DNA of 64,000 bases from Camelus ferus (taxonomy: Eukaryota). Shown piece after piece: positions 50,291 through 63,390 of the stretch. The position numbers were made by a program, and so were the translations under genes. The stretch lies in assembly GCF_009834535.1 (NCBI RefSeq), contig NC_045710.1, forward strand, positions 12,710,001-12,774,000, written 5' to 3'. The number at the start of each line of letters is the position of its first letter. The stretch's first letter is position 1. The notes beneath the pieces are model-generated. The model was not told the DNA's origin. It worked only from the letters and a program-made list of their open reading frames with translations, and did no database searches.

Positions 50291-53200
50291 TCAGATGAGA
50301 CACTGGTTAGCAGCCTCGATTACTAGAAAGTAATTAATCAGGGAAAGTCTCCAAACAGGAGGAGAATAAATAAACACCGGGCACATGCGGTCCCATTTGG
50401 GCTGTAGATAAGACTGCCATCCAGGTGTCCTGCTCCGGGAGTGCCCATTTATCTTGCTCCGGTCCTCTGAGGAAACGTGGTGACACTTCTCACATCTGCC
50501 TAGAAAATGCAAAGCCAAGAGGGCTCTGAGTTGGAAGAAGATGAGGGACTTTGGAAAAACTATTAGAGGAAAGGCTGGGGGGTAAGTGGGGGTTGTGGTG
50601 AGCCTTGCCCTCCCTGCATGTCCTTTTCCATTCTGTGCAGACTCTGCCTTATTTCCACCTTTCAGAAAAAAAAAAAAGTTGTGTGGTTTTGCAAACTCCT
50701 ACTCACTTAGAGAAAACCAGGAGCTCAAGTAGTGTTCTTAGGTCTGGGCATAAGGAGCCTACAGGGTCACTGGCCCCTCGAGCATCTATTCAGCTTCAGA
50801 GACTCGGGACAAGCTACAAAGGATTCAGATCATCCGAAATGACTAGTTTCTTCTTCAACATTGACTTAGGGAAGAGGAAGATTAGGAAGGAGGGGAAGGA
50901 AATGTAGTTAGTGCAAGTGGAAAGTATCAACCATTGGTCCAGCTTGACCTGACACGTCACATCAAATAAGGTCATTTGTTTACGTTGCATCTCTTTCCTT
51001 CTGGAGGAACAAAAAATGTCAGCAGCTAGAGAATGTGCGTAATGTAAACATGGCTGTGTTAGCTCAGCTTCAGGGAAAGCACACCCCAACGTAAGTCAGC
51101 GCGAGACATCCTCTGCTCAGAGGACAAGCACAATGATTTTAACCTAATGACCCGCTCTTAAACAGCTCTACAGCAAATCACAATTAAATAAATACCACTT
51201 AATAGCAGAGATTTGTTTTACTGCTAGATTATTTGTGGGGAGAGAAGGAGAAGGTTGAATGAGCCACTTAATCTTTAATTATAAAATTAAGGTAGTTTCC
51301 AAATACTATTATGAATTCAACCTCCAACTAAATTTATAAAATGTCACAGCAATGACTTATAGGCATTCTGGAACGAAACAGAGAAGCAAGGGAGGAGAGG
51401 TGTGGAGGTATACCAAAAATTGAGGTTGCTTTTGTTTGTTGTCTTAAGCCGAAGTTGAGTCTAGTGGCCTTTCTTCAGCCCAATGATGAGAACTATGTGG
51501 TCAGAGCCACTGAAATCATGGCACGGACACCAGTGAATGAGTTGCTGTGGAAAACTGCAGAACGGAGGGTCGGGAGAGCTGCAGTCAAGGCCTGGCTCTG
51601 CCGGGCCCTGGAGCACCAGGAAGGACTCAGCTGGAATAGGGGAGGGAGAGCTATTATAGCTTGTGGCTGACACTGAGAGATCGGGAAAGCACTTGTGGGA
51701 TCCGGTGACCTGGTCAGCCCTCCACAGAGAGGGCCTCCAGGCAGCACAGACACCTCCTTCCCTCCAGGGCCCAGCCTCCCTCCCTCCCCGCTTCCTCCCT
51801 TCTCTGCAAAGCCTCACCTCACCCTCTTTGCTTTTTCTGTCCCATGACCTAACTGTGATATTTTCAATGTCTGATTTTCTCACGTAGGCACCAACACAAA
51901 TACCTCTGGGCAGGTGACCTGAGGGCGACGAATCACACTTTCATCTTGCCCCCCCACAGACCTGTACAACCACAACAAACTGACAGTGGTGTCCCCGGGA
52001 AAACTGGGGCTCAATCGAAAGATGAGTCCTGCAAAGACTTTTCCTCTTGATGCCTCAAATGGTCCCTAGAAAGTCTAGACTTTCCAAAAATAGCTATGAG
52101 TTAACTTCTCTGGCCGTGGAGGTCAAAAAAGGCACTCACGCTGATGATGAGGCCAAAGTCTTTCACTAGGACACAGCAAAGCCCACTAGACGGTGGGCAT
52201 CCCTCAGGAGCTCTGCCTCCCCCAAGTCACCTCCTCTAAAGTCACTGCTTAGCCACTCACTGATGACATCAAGGCCTCCGTGAGAGCAGAAGCCACGTTT
52301 TCTCCACCAGGACACCTAGAACGAGGCCTGAACCCAGTAGCTGTCATCTGTTCCACTTTAGCAAGCAGCTGCCTGGACCAGGTACTCCGCTGTCTCTAAA
52401 CATGCAGACAAATAAAATTCAGTCTCTCCTATAAAGAAACTAATAAGGAAGACAAGAATATAAGGAGATCACCATAATCCTAAATGGCATGTGCCATGTG
52501 CTTGGCTGAAGAATAGGTATCTCTTTCCTTTAATCCATGTCAAATGATCTCCAAGTCTCGTTGATTTTTAGAAATCGCTCGCTGAAGCAAAACCTTAGCC
52601 AATGGCCCTTCCCTGAGGGTTGCTTGAACAGGAGTTCAAAGTCCAAGATGGAGATGATCATCCTAAATCATGGTGATGTGTTCAGACTGTACTTGGAGGC
52701 CCCACATTGGCAGAAGGACCCTGACAGATGAGAACATGTTCAAGGGACAAAGAACAAGATGGTGACCAAACTCCAAACCATGACTAAGAGGGAACTGCTG
52801 AAAGAGAGCCAACGGGGGTCAGCTGGGCAAAGAAGACCTGGAAGATCCCTGAGTACTATGCAAGGGCTTCAACGGCAAGGAGCATGCCCTGTCCACACAA
52901 AACAGCCCCCCATGACTGTGCAGGCTGCGCGGTCTGTGTGCATGGAGCCCCCTGGAGCTGTGCGGCACATAACCCCAAAATCCCACGCAGCAACCCTGTG
53001 CACATCTCTCCCTCTGCTGTGCCCAGAAGAGCAGCCTCCTGATAAGTGCTCGGTGGATGAGACCCACTGCTGTCTACTAATACAACATTTTTTGGTGAAA
53101 AACTTCTGTGTAAAACATGGAGCAGATCTTTTATCACTTTTGTTGTTGTCCAAAATGGCAGAAGGAAGCCCAGTGGATGCAAAAATAAGAGGTTAGGTAA

Positions 53201-54131
53201 AACATTTTTTAAGTTTTGGAGAATTTTCTATGAAGCAAAGTAGTCAAACTATGAAAGGGGTGATGCTCTCACAGATGCTCACAGGCCAAGGGCGGGTGAG
53301 CAGCTTCCCCGGCTTGGGGAGAATATTTCATTCTTGGAGGAGAAAAGTGGAGGCTGGGCTCAAGCCCAGGGCTGCCTTAGGTAAGCCCAAGGTCCTGGTA
53401 AAGAGCAAACTGCTGTGAGCAGAACACTGGGGAGCCCCAGAGCCTGGCAGGAGGTGGTACAGGAAGGATCTGAAAAAGTTAAATTTCTGTTCAGCCCCAG
53501 AATATGTTTATAGTTATTTCTTGTCAAATCAAAATGTTTCCAAATGACTCCTCGGGTTGGAAAATGCCAAGCACGACCACGTGGGTTTGCTCAGCAGGCA
53601 GAGGGACCTGCAATGTCGTCAGACTGCATTCTGCACACAGTGGAAGAAGTACCACGTCCTATCCCTCCTAATCTGATGAATCCTTGTCATAAATTCTGCC
53701 CAGGCAGTGGGCGGGGCGGCTGCTGGCACAGGGCGAAGCGGAGGGGGGCGGCTTTACGAGGGCCAGAGGAGACAGCAGGCCGCCAAGCCCTCTGCAAGGA
53801 GCTAGTAAATCAGCAGTCAGTGAAAGCTCCATGCAGAAGAGACAGCCCCGCCTCCAGAGTCTCCCGGGGGCCCGGAGCACAGGTGAACACAGGCAGGAGA
53901 GGAGGAGGGTGCTCTGAGTCGACATGGAGCCATGGGATCCTGGGGACCCAGGGAGTGAGGGTACAATGAGGCTGGATTCCACCAACTTCCCGAGAGCCTC
54001 CAGCGTGCCACGCTTTCAATCAGTAGGCACCAAGCGAGATGCTGGGAATATAGGGCCACTAACAGAGAGGATTCCTGCCAACCAGTAGCTCACATTCAGA
54101 AGGGAGACCCAATCAGGGAAGAAAGAGCTGC

Positions 54132-54763
54132 TGTTAGTTTGCTACAGGTGCCATAACAAAACACCATCCACTGGGTGGCTCAGACACCAGACATTAATTT
54201 CCCCACAGTTCTAGAGGCTGCAAGTCTCAGGCCAAGATCACACAGCATCCGCTTTATGCAGTTGCTGCCATTTTACTTAGCCACGCAGACCACGGGCACG
54301 GCAAACTGACACTAGCCCCTGATGCAGGCACATGCCCTAGAAAGCAGCCGCAGTGCCGCGAACAAATGAACGTTCCCAACAGGACTTCCCCAACAGCCCT
54401 TGTGACCAACATTGCCCCCTGTCCCAGCCCATCTGCCTTATGCAACCCCACGGGGCTCACCAAAACCTTGCCCTTTGGTTTGGATCCCAGAATCCCAAAG
54501 CACTCCACCCCACAGACCCTAACAAAGGCACATGCCCAAGGTGGTCCTGCCCCTCCCTCTGCACCTTGCCTTGATCTCCGCATGTGGCCCTGTGTGCACC
54601 TCTTCCCGGACCTGTGAACAATACACCTCTCTATTTCAGTTCCCCTTGTGGAAGATTGCTGAACGGTGGCTCACCATCCAGTACCCTGTGCTCCACTTCA
54701 CATTGAGGGTTGGGGCTTCACCATACGAATTTGGGGAGGGACACAAACATTCAGTCCATAGCA
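54132..54763 (-). mobile_element. MLT1A/B/C-like LTR, apparently interrupted by about 290 bp of other sequence
   Basis: TGTTAGTTTGCT..GCCATAACAAAACACC..CTGGGTGGCT..CACAGTTCTAGAGGCTG start and GGGCTTCACCATACGAATTTGGGGAGGGACACAAACATTCAGTCCATAGCA end. Confidence 0.85.
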
Positions 54764-54779
54764 AAGCCCTAAAAAAATA

Positions 54780-55560
54780 ACTCTAATAAGATGTGATGAA
54801 TGCTATAATGGAATTGAACAAAACACTGTGGAGAGGTGACTCATCTAACAGAGAGGTTTGGGGGTGAGGGAGTAATCAAGGAAAATGCTACAGAAGAGGT
54901 ATCTGATCTGGTCCACGTAGAGTAAGAAAGAATCCTCCCAGTGCAAAGACAGAGGAGGGAGACCACACAGGCTCGGGGGGAAGAGTACAAGCCTTAAAGT
55001 CAAGCTGTCCAGGTTGAAACCCTGCCTCTGATCCTACTAGGACTGTGACCCTGTGCAAGCATTTTAACCTCCCTGAATCTCAGTTTACTCATCTATAAAA
55101 TGGAAATAAAAGTGTCTGCTTGACAGGGTTCCTGTGGAGGCTAACAGATTAACTCCTGTAAAGGAGCTCAGTAGAAAGTGCTAGCCAGTAAGAGACGGTG
55201 TTCCAGGCAGAACAGGGATGACGGCCTACCAATCATATGCAGTCTTGAAAACAGATGGCCTGTTTAGGGAAGGGTGAGCAGTTCAATGTGGCAGCTTTGG
55301 GAGCATCAAGGAGAGGTCAAGGACGTGGGATGAGTCCAGATTGGAAGTTTATTTAATGATGCACTAAGGAGTTTGAGCTTTATTCTGAGAGCTCTAGAGT
55401 TGTGGGAGCACTTGAAGCAAAAAAGTGACATGAAGAGGCCGAGATTTCAGGAAGATCACTCTGGTGTCCATGTGAAGCAGGAGCTAGAGGGAGAAGGAGA
55501 ACAGGGCCGAGGAGCGAGGCTTGGGCATCCAAGACGGCAGCCAAGAAAATGTCCCAATAA
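54780..55560 (-). mobile_element. L2 LINE fragment split by a MIR
   Basis: GATGAATGCTATAATGG..AGAAGAGGTATCTGATCTG, then after the MIR GTTCCAGGCAGAACAGG..AAGGAGTTTGAGCTTTATTCTG..GGAAGATCACTCTGG. Confidence 0.8.
54983..55190 (+). mobile_element. MIR SINE nested in an L2
   Basis: AGTCAAGCTGTCCAGGTTGAAACCCTGCCTCTG..GTGACCCTGTGCAAG..CTCAGTTTACTCATCTATAAAATGG. Confidence 0.88.
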
Positions 55561-55689
55561 CCATCCCACCTGGCAGTTAAATCCCTTTCCTGACAGAATG
55601 AGCTTAAACTATCTCTTCCCTCTGTGCCCTTGTTCTTGTTGTGGGACCCTTCACGCCTGGCTCTGAATCACTCCTTTTCCAGTGCTTTC

Positions 55690-55830
55690 ACTGGCACTGT
55701 GTGACTGACAGCAGGTCACTTCCTCTTTCTGCACACCCGTCCCTTCACATGTGTGATTCAGATAGTGATGGTGCTTGCAGGCCCACTGTGAAGAGTAATG
55801 AAAGCATTTAGCACCAAATCTGACATATTT
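55690..55830 (+). mobile_element. MIR SINE fragment
   Basis: CTGTGTGACTGACAGCAGGTCACTTCCTCTTTCTG..GAAAGCATTTAGCAC. Confidence 0.55.
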
Positions 55831-57896
55831 GCTGCCGTTTGCCTGTGAGACTCCCAAAGTCCTCTCCCAGGATCTCTTTTCTCACCACTGACGCCTCCAG
55901 CCTGTCCCCTCACTCTGCTCCCAGAAGCTGACATATGTGATAGTCTTCTGGGCATGCTAGTTTCCTTCACTCCAAACCATTCCCTGATGGTGAGGTCTCA
56001 CAAGGACCTTATATTCCTCATCTGTGTGTCCTCTCCGCATTGAGTAGATGAGATTGTGTGTAGGTCTGAATGGGGCAGATATCTGCACAAGGTTAGCATT
56101 CTGAGGGGTGGATAGCACAACACCAAGATCCACCCACCCGACAGGCCTCTAAGTATGTTTCTTCCTGCCAATAGTCCCTGGAGATTGGACACACAGAGGG
56201 CACAGACCTAATGCAAGCCTGCTAATAAAATGGCCAGGCACACACGACCCGGTCCAACCCAAAACAGGAGCTCTGAGACAGTCAGAGTCACTGCTAAGAC
56301 ACTATTGGAAACAAGAAGAAAGTCAGGCAAGGGCAACAAGAAGTAAAAGTCCAGAAACCAAGACAGAGTCATTGAGGGGAATACAGAGATGGAGCCCCAG
56401 AGCCCACAGCAAGTAGAAGTTCTAAGAAACCAGAAATTATTAGTGATCATAGAAACTGCATATATTGAGAATCTACTAAGTACCACCCACTGAGCTAAGC
56501 CAAACATGGATTATCTAATTTATTTTTTAACAAAAACCCAGAGAATGGGCACTATTATTAGTCCCATTAGAAGAAATTGAGTCAGAGAATGGTTAAATAC
56601 TATGAGCTCCCACTGTCCTATTGTTCCTTATAAGAACCCCTCACATGATCCTCTATACCCAGCACGCGCCCCCCCACCCCCCGCCATGACTTGAAGTAAC
56701 ACGGATAGAGCTCCTCTCCTCGCAAGACAGGAGCAGAAAGTGCCGTGGAGACAAGGACTGCACACAAGACATGGGAAATGACAGGAAAGGGGAGCACATG
56801 AGGAAGCGCCCATCAGACATGGCCCAGACCAGCCCTACTGTCCTGAGTGGCTGCCCAGACCCCCAGCACGTCTAAATCACTCATCCTCCTGGGCCCTGAA
56901 GGTTTGTGTCAGGCATGACTATACCATTAATGACTTTGTATAGATCGTCCCTTTTCTTCCCAGCCAGCTCATGAGCCCCTTGAAAACAAAGACCATGCCT
57001 TCTCACGCTGTTTGTTCTTTGACAAATGAGGGTGTCCTGAACATTTTCAGAAATCATCCACTTGGCTCTGTTCAAAGTGCCAGTGCTCCCACCCATGTAC
57101 CTAGAATCCTTTAGGGCTCTCCAAAGGCATCGGAGAGCCCTTAGGTGTAATCTGAGACCCACCAGCAGAATAAATAAATCCCTGCCCTGGTGGCAAACAC
57201 TTCCCTTTACTTCTTCCCCTATAAAAGCAAACTTCTTCAACCCAATCTCACGAGTGCTCTCTAATGGGTTCTTTGTTTTGTTTATTCCACTTAGTTCAAA
57301 CCAGAAGCAAACAAGAGAAAATGCACAAGGAACCACATAGCACAGTGTACAGCATGCACTCAGGAACTCTGTGCTTCTGCCAATACTGCTCACTTTGAAG
57401 AATGCAAATTTTTGTGTTTTAAATGCCCCCAAAATTATCAGGCAGTGGGTAGTAGGTCCTGCTGCCAAGAAGCCCGCTTCGCAGCCCCTGTGCACACTTG
57501 CTGTGTGAGCGAGAACAGTGTAAAACTCAGGCCCCCAACTCTGAGGCTCCCAGATGGCCCCCTCCGATAGTAGTGAACGGAGAAAGTTAGACCAGTCCAC
57601 ACCTCCGTGTGGGGACCCAGCTCAGGATGCACCTGTAGGATCAGCCTCAGAAGTTATTTCTGCAGGGCTGCACTGAAAAGGAGAATCCTGACCTGAAAGA
57701 ATGGCAGATGCTGAAATTTACAAAGTTGAAAACCCCATGCAGGTTTCAAAATAGCAAGAAAGGAATCAAAGATATTCCAAAATTCAGGAGCCAGAGCTAA
57801 GCTATGAAGACTGGAGCAAAAGCAAGCAGGTAGGGGGTCTACAAAGGTGGGCGTAGCGAGAGTGAGGTGGAAATGAGGGCTTTCAGAGAGACTATG

Positions 57897-58000
57897 CAGT
57901 GGTTTTCAAACATTTTTAGTAAAAGAACTCTTTCAAAAATGAAAGATATGTAAACCTAACACATAAACAGATTTTAAAAATCAGTTATTAGTAAATTCAT
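57897..58000 (+). mobile_element. Possible hAT-Charlie terminus
   Basis: CAGTGGTTTTCAAAC start typical of Charlie/MER ends; the rest is not confidently matched. Confidence 0.35.
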
Positions 58001-58594
58001 ACATTTACTAATTATAAAAACAATTGATTAGAATAATGAAATTATTAGGATGAAAAATCTGAAATGGAGGAAGACCCTGAAGCATCTAATTTATTTCAGA
58101 ATGTTGTCTTAGTTCTGTAGTTTCCAATGAAATATAAATCCCACTCAAGAGACAAGTTGTTGTAAATGATAATAGTTCTTTTTAACCATTGCTTTGCAAT
58201 AGAATAATCTTTAATTAGGCAACAATGATAGAAAAAAATCAATATTCTGAAATTTGCACCAAAAAAAGTGAGCAAATATGTTGAAGAACAAATCAAAAGT
58301 GCATAATCACTAAAGGAAAGATTCCACTGGTTTAAAAATCCCCAGCCAAGAACATCTACTAATATTTGCCACTTGATTTCATGGATTGGCAATGGGCTGG
58401 AAGCTGGCCCAGTTGGCCCGTCTTCAAAGTTTCTTTCTGTTCGGAGTGGACATACAAGCCAAGGAGGCCCCTGGTGGGGAACTGGTGAACAGCCCAAGAA
58501 TTCAAGAAGAAAGAAACTACCTCATCCACACCATCAAATAGCTTAAAAGGGTAGTAGAAAGAAGGAAAAAAAAATAAAGTAGAGTTTGACAGGC

Positions 58595-58770
58595 TCAAGA
58601 CAAAACTCCAGATGTATCGTTTATTAGTTAAGTGACTTTGGGCAAATTACTTAAAATTTATGAGCCAAAATGTTCTTATCTGTAAAACTGGGATACTAAT
58701 TTTCTTTTACTGGATTGTTACAAATATTAAACAAGGTGCAGTGTACAGACCCAGCCATTTAGTCGTTCAC
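58595..58770 (+). mobile_element. MIR SINE fragment
   Basis: GTGACTTTGGGCAAATTACTTAA..TTCTTATCTGTAAAACTGGGATA. Confidence 0.82.
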
Positions 58771-60439
58771 TAATGAGGAACAAGGATGGAGTAAGACTGA
58801 CCTGAGGGAGGGGGACACCAGGGCCTGGTGGTTGTCTAGGGAACCTGATTCAGACCTGGGAGGGTCTCAGGAAGCAGACCCTCATCAGGTGGAGAGGGGA
58901 GGGAGGGAATGAGCACTCACTCGGTTCTTCCTACCTCCTTGGGGATTGTTACAGGGGACAGAATAGAGCCCAGATGAAGAGCTGGAGAGGGTAGAGGCTG
59001 AGGGCCACAAGGACCAGGAGACGTAGCAATAAACATGGGCAACTGTAAGGAGGACCCTTGTGCCCGAGGGTCACTCTTCTGGGATTCCTCCGCATGCAGA
59101 TTTCTGCAAATAGACACCCCTGTGCATTTCCCTCCCAAAAGCCTGTAGAGGAGAGATGGCAGCGCCCCTGCAAGACTCTACAGCAGATCAAGCAGAAAGG
59201 GGCACACCAGGGCAATGCTGCCCGGAGGTGTCTATCCAGCCCTGTCCGCATACACTGTGAGCTCACCACTTCGTTAGTGGAAATTCTGGGCACCTCTTCC
59301 TATTCAGGATCAAAGACTCGTGCTTTCTTATCCTTTCCCAAATTAAAAAAGCTGTCTGCCCCCATTCACATATATGATTCCTAGAGAATTTCTGCCCTAT
59401 ATTCAACTATGGGGAGCTCTTCGTTAAACAGGATCCTATGTTTCCTTTACCCCAGATTACTTATCACCCTTATAGCTAGCTGACTCACCTACTCTGCTCT
59501 ACAGCTTTGTCAGGTCTATCTAATCCCTAATTAGAGATGGGCCAAGATGGGATAAAAGGTTAGATTCTTCAGGGAGAGGAAGAAAGTGAAGCCCCAGACA
59601 TGGCAGCCTCCCCCACAACGTGCAGGAAAGCAACACCTTCAACACAATCTGATACCTTCTCTTGGGCAGAATTTGTTGAATCCCAAAGGTCCTCTTAATT
59701 CCCACACTGCCGATCTATGACTCAAAGCTTTAAGTCCTGTGAGTGAAGGGCCCCATAGGCATGTGGCTTCTCGTCAGAACAATATATCAAAGGAGAGAGA
59801 GTCCACACCCCCTCCTAATGGATCTCTTAACAAACTTATATAAAGATCACCAATGCACAGAGATCATTGTCCTACTGACAGGGAGCTATAATTGATTATT
59901 GTGACTTAGATGCTTAGAGAGTGATTCATTAGGGCCCCATCATCTCTGTCATTTTTAATGGGAAGGGTTGGGTGGTGCGTAAACATGGTTATGACAGGCA
60001 AGGAGAGAACAAACAGACCGGAGAGAAAAAGGACCACAGAGGTCCCTGCAAGGTGAAGCCTTTCTTTCCCAGAAGGTTAAGATAATTCTGTCAGAGACGT
60101 TCTTCCAACAACTGCCCTGACCCAGTGCTACAGCAGGACCTAAGCAGTACAAAGCCACAGCACCCTCCCAGGCATCTCTGAACGTCAAGCCCAGAGGTCC
60201 ACAACAAACACAGGTAAATGAGTGGCTGGGAGGTTACGGCTGTACTGATTCTAGAGTTTAACTGAGTTGTCTTAGGATACCCACAGAGGAAGTATGAGCA
60301 CGCTGACCTTTATTGAGGGTCAGTCAACTCCAGTTCAATAACCAATGCACGACACTCCTTAACCTAACTTTACAATTAAGATCACAATGAACCCCAAGGA
60401 GCTTGATTTCTTGCTATCTGGAAAAAAAAAAATCACTTC

Positions 60440-60550
60440 ATTATGATCTCTAGGAGAAAGTCATATCTGAGTCATCTTGAATCCATCTCATTTTCTAGCA
60501 TAATGCCTGGCACATACTGGGGACTCTAAATTGTTTACTGAAGTGCTGGA
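60440..60550 (+). mobile_element. L2 3' end fragment
   Basis: TCTAGCATAATGCCTGGCACATACTGGGGACTCTAAATTGTTTACTGAA. Confidence 0.7.
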
Positions 60551-61489
60551 ATCTGGTTGTGTAACCGGTATTACCCACTTCACCAAAGGACTGTCCCTCT
60601 TTTTTCTTAACATCCAAATTAACCATTTAAATCACTATCCAAATTATTAGGATATCCAGTTTCTCTTTCTTGGGATTTACTTGGCCTAGAATTGCCTATG
60701 AGTCCAATGTTTATTCAAAACCAAAGGGGCCATTCCAACTTTTAAACTCCAAGTAAAGTGAGGACCAGAGAATCAGATTTGTCCACAACTAAAACCCCGG
60801 GTCTGATTGCTATGGCTCTTGTCTTTGCCATACTGATTTCTGTCAAAAATAGATATAGTTGGATACACAGCAGTGATAACACCCCTTCTGGTCCAAATTC
60901 CTATGCAAACAGTAGAGTTTCTTCCAGAGAAACAATTCCACATAAGGTACTGCAGAGTTGGGCTTGGCCAAGGATGAATCAAGCTTGGCCTCCCAAGGTC
61001 TTTGCTTCCCCATCACATGCTCAGCTACTGCTCCCTGAGACAGAAGGGGCTGGACAAGGGGAGGAGCTCCCAGCCCTCGCTTACCTCTATGCCAGCTCCA
61101 GCCCCATCCCTCCTCTCCCTGCAGCACCTGGCAGACTCCCTTGAAGCCTGGCATTTGGTCACCAGGCCAGACTCCACTGAGTTCCCTTTGGGAGCATACG
61201 GTCTCGAGGAAACTCAGTCTAAATAATCTGGATCCAGTATTGTCCCCCCTAAAAGAAGTTAGTTTCAATTCTTTACTCCTAAAGGAGGATTTCTGCCCTT
61301 CTACAAATTACCCATCAGCAACCATCCCCACCAGTTCTAGGATAGACTGACTTGGTGAAGTCACAGAGGTTGGCCTTACATTTACAGGACAAAGTTGTCA
61401 TTCAAGTGTTGTTTTTCCTGAAAAGAATGAGATGTGCTCTAAAATGTTCTCCTGATTTCACTTAGAAAGACAGAAAAGCAGAGACATTG

Positions 61490-63390
61490 ACAACTGTAAA
61501 TGGAAATTTAAAAAATTTTTCCTTCTTCATTTTTTAAGATTAAAACTTTTAAAATTAATCACTCTTCTCAGTTTAGGGCACATTATTGTCATTATTTTGT
61601 ACACCCTGTCCTTTTATTATTTTTCCCCTTTAATGCCTATTTCAGACTCACTGTCCCTCTAACCCTAAGCATTCTCATGTGTTTAGTCCACATCTTTCTG
61701 TTTATATCTGTTCTTGTAAAATATGCATTGTTTTGTGTAATCTCATTCAATTTCCCAATTTTTAATTATGCACTATATTTTAAGGTCCATCAATATTTAG
61801 TCCGTTGCTTCTAACTTACAGCATAGTGCCCCATGATAAACAGCCCTATATTTTAACTACCCACTCCCCAAGGGATGGACACTGGGTTGCCTCAAACACC
61901 TTCCACCATAAACGGTGCTGCACGCCCAGCCTCATACAGGTCGCCTATGGACGTGTGTGAGCGTTTTTGTGCTGGGTCACAGAGTATGAGCACACTTGAC
62001 TTAGCCAAACACTGCCAGACTGCTCTCCAGAATGTCTGCCCCAGTGTGCAGTCCCCAAGCAGAACATGAGACCTACCCTATACGCCTGCCGTCCCTAACA
62101 CTTGACATTATCAAATTTCATCATTTTAGCCAGAATAAGAAATATGAAGTTATATTTTATTATTTAATTTGTTTCTCTTCATTTACTCTAGTAAATTGGT
62201 TTATTCATAACCTTGGCCCATTTTTCTGCTGGAGCTCCTCGTTTATATAGTGCTTTGTAAGAGTTGTTTTTATGTCCTAGCTATTAATATGTTGTCTATA
62301 TTAGACATTATAAGAATATTACCCCGATTGTTAAACTGTTATTAACCTTATATGTCCTTAAATTTGACATGATCAAATTCATCAATTTTTCTGCCTTATG
62401 CACTGTGTTTTGCTTTTGTTTTAATTGAAGTACTGTCAGTTACAATGATGTTTTAATGGGTTCATTTAAGAAGTTCTTCCTCCCTCCTGGGCCTTAAAAG
62501 TATTCTCCTTTATTTTCTTAAATTAGCATTGTAGTATTTATTTCCTTCCGCATCTAAGTTTTTAATCCATCTGAAATTCATCTTTGTATGTTATTAGCTT
62601 TATTTTTCTTTACATTGTGAGGCAGTTTTCCCAAATCCAAATATTAAATTATTTATTCCCTCCTTTCATTGATTTGTTGTGACAGTTTTCTGAAATGTTA
62701 AAGTCCCAGATGTAGATATAAGTATACATAGAGCTAGATATGCATATATAGTATGTACATATATGGATGATATATCCACATAATGCATACAGATACAAAT
62801 GACATAAATGTAGATGTTTTAGATATACAGATATCTGTCTGTCTCCAAGTTCTCTCTTCTGTTTCATTGGATTATTTTTTCTTTTACACAAATATCACTC
62901 TTTGTAACATGACTCTCTGGCAAGAAAAATATTCTCTTTAATTTTTTAAAATTCACTTAGTTATTCATAGACCTTAATTCTTCCATATATTCTTAGAATA
63001 TTTTTATCAATTCCTTCAAAATATCACCTTGTAATTTTAAATGAAACTGTATTGAATTTGTAAATTAATTTGGGGAGAAAACAACTTGATAAGATTGACT
63101 CATTCCATACAAGAACAAGGGCTATCTCTCCATTTAAATAAATCATTTTCTATGCACTCCAATAAAATTTAATGTTTTTCCATAGAAATCTTGTGTATTC
63201 TTGATTAAGCTAACTCCTAGATACCTTATCGTCTTTATTGACATTATGAAGGTTACCTTCTCTTCTATGTTTTAGTTGATAGTTGATTATTACTAATAAA
63301 AAATCATGTTAAATATATGTAAGCTGATCTGACAGAAAACTTACAGAACTTTCTCATTATTTCTAATAGTTTGTCTGTTATTTTCTTTTT
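61490..63390 (-). mobile_element. Ancient L1M fragment (ORF2 3' part and 3'UTR), antisense
   Basis: AT-rich sequence with GATGGACACTGGGTTG, GCTGGGTCACAGAGTATG, TCTAAGTTTTTAATCCATCTGAAATTCATCTTTGTATG and AAATGAAACTGTATTGAATTTGTAAATTAATTTGGGGAGAA, all typical of reverse-complemented old L1. Confidence 0.88.

Noticed and set aside
6649-50333. ORFs spanning N-runs in the supplied track
   Set aside because: They are artefacts of translating gaps as X.
57112-57145. 10-bp hairpin AGGGCTCTCC-N9-GGAGAGCCCT
   Set aside because: About 0.6 expected by chance in this window; it lacks SECIS, IRE or histone stem-loop signatures.
56881-57600. Longest non-L1 ORF (239 aa, minus strand)
   Set aside because: It starts at GTG, shows no recognisable domain, has a random-like composition, and one such ORF is unsurprising among six frames of 64 kb.
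58096-58560. A-rich region with partial ORFs, possible pseudogene or Charlie transposase remnant
   Set aside because: Only a vague FKNP-like motif among stop codons; not enough to call.
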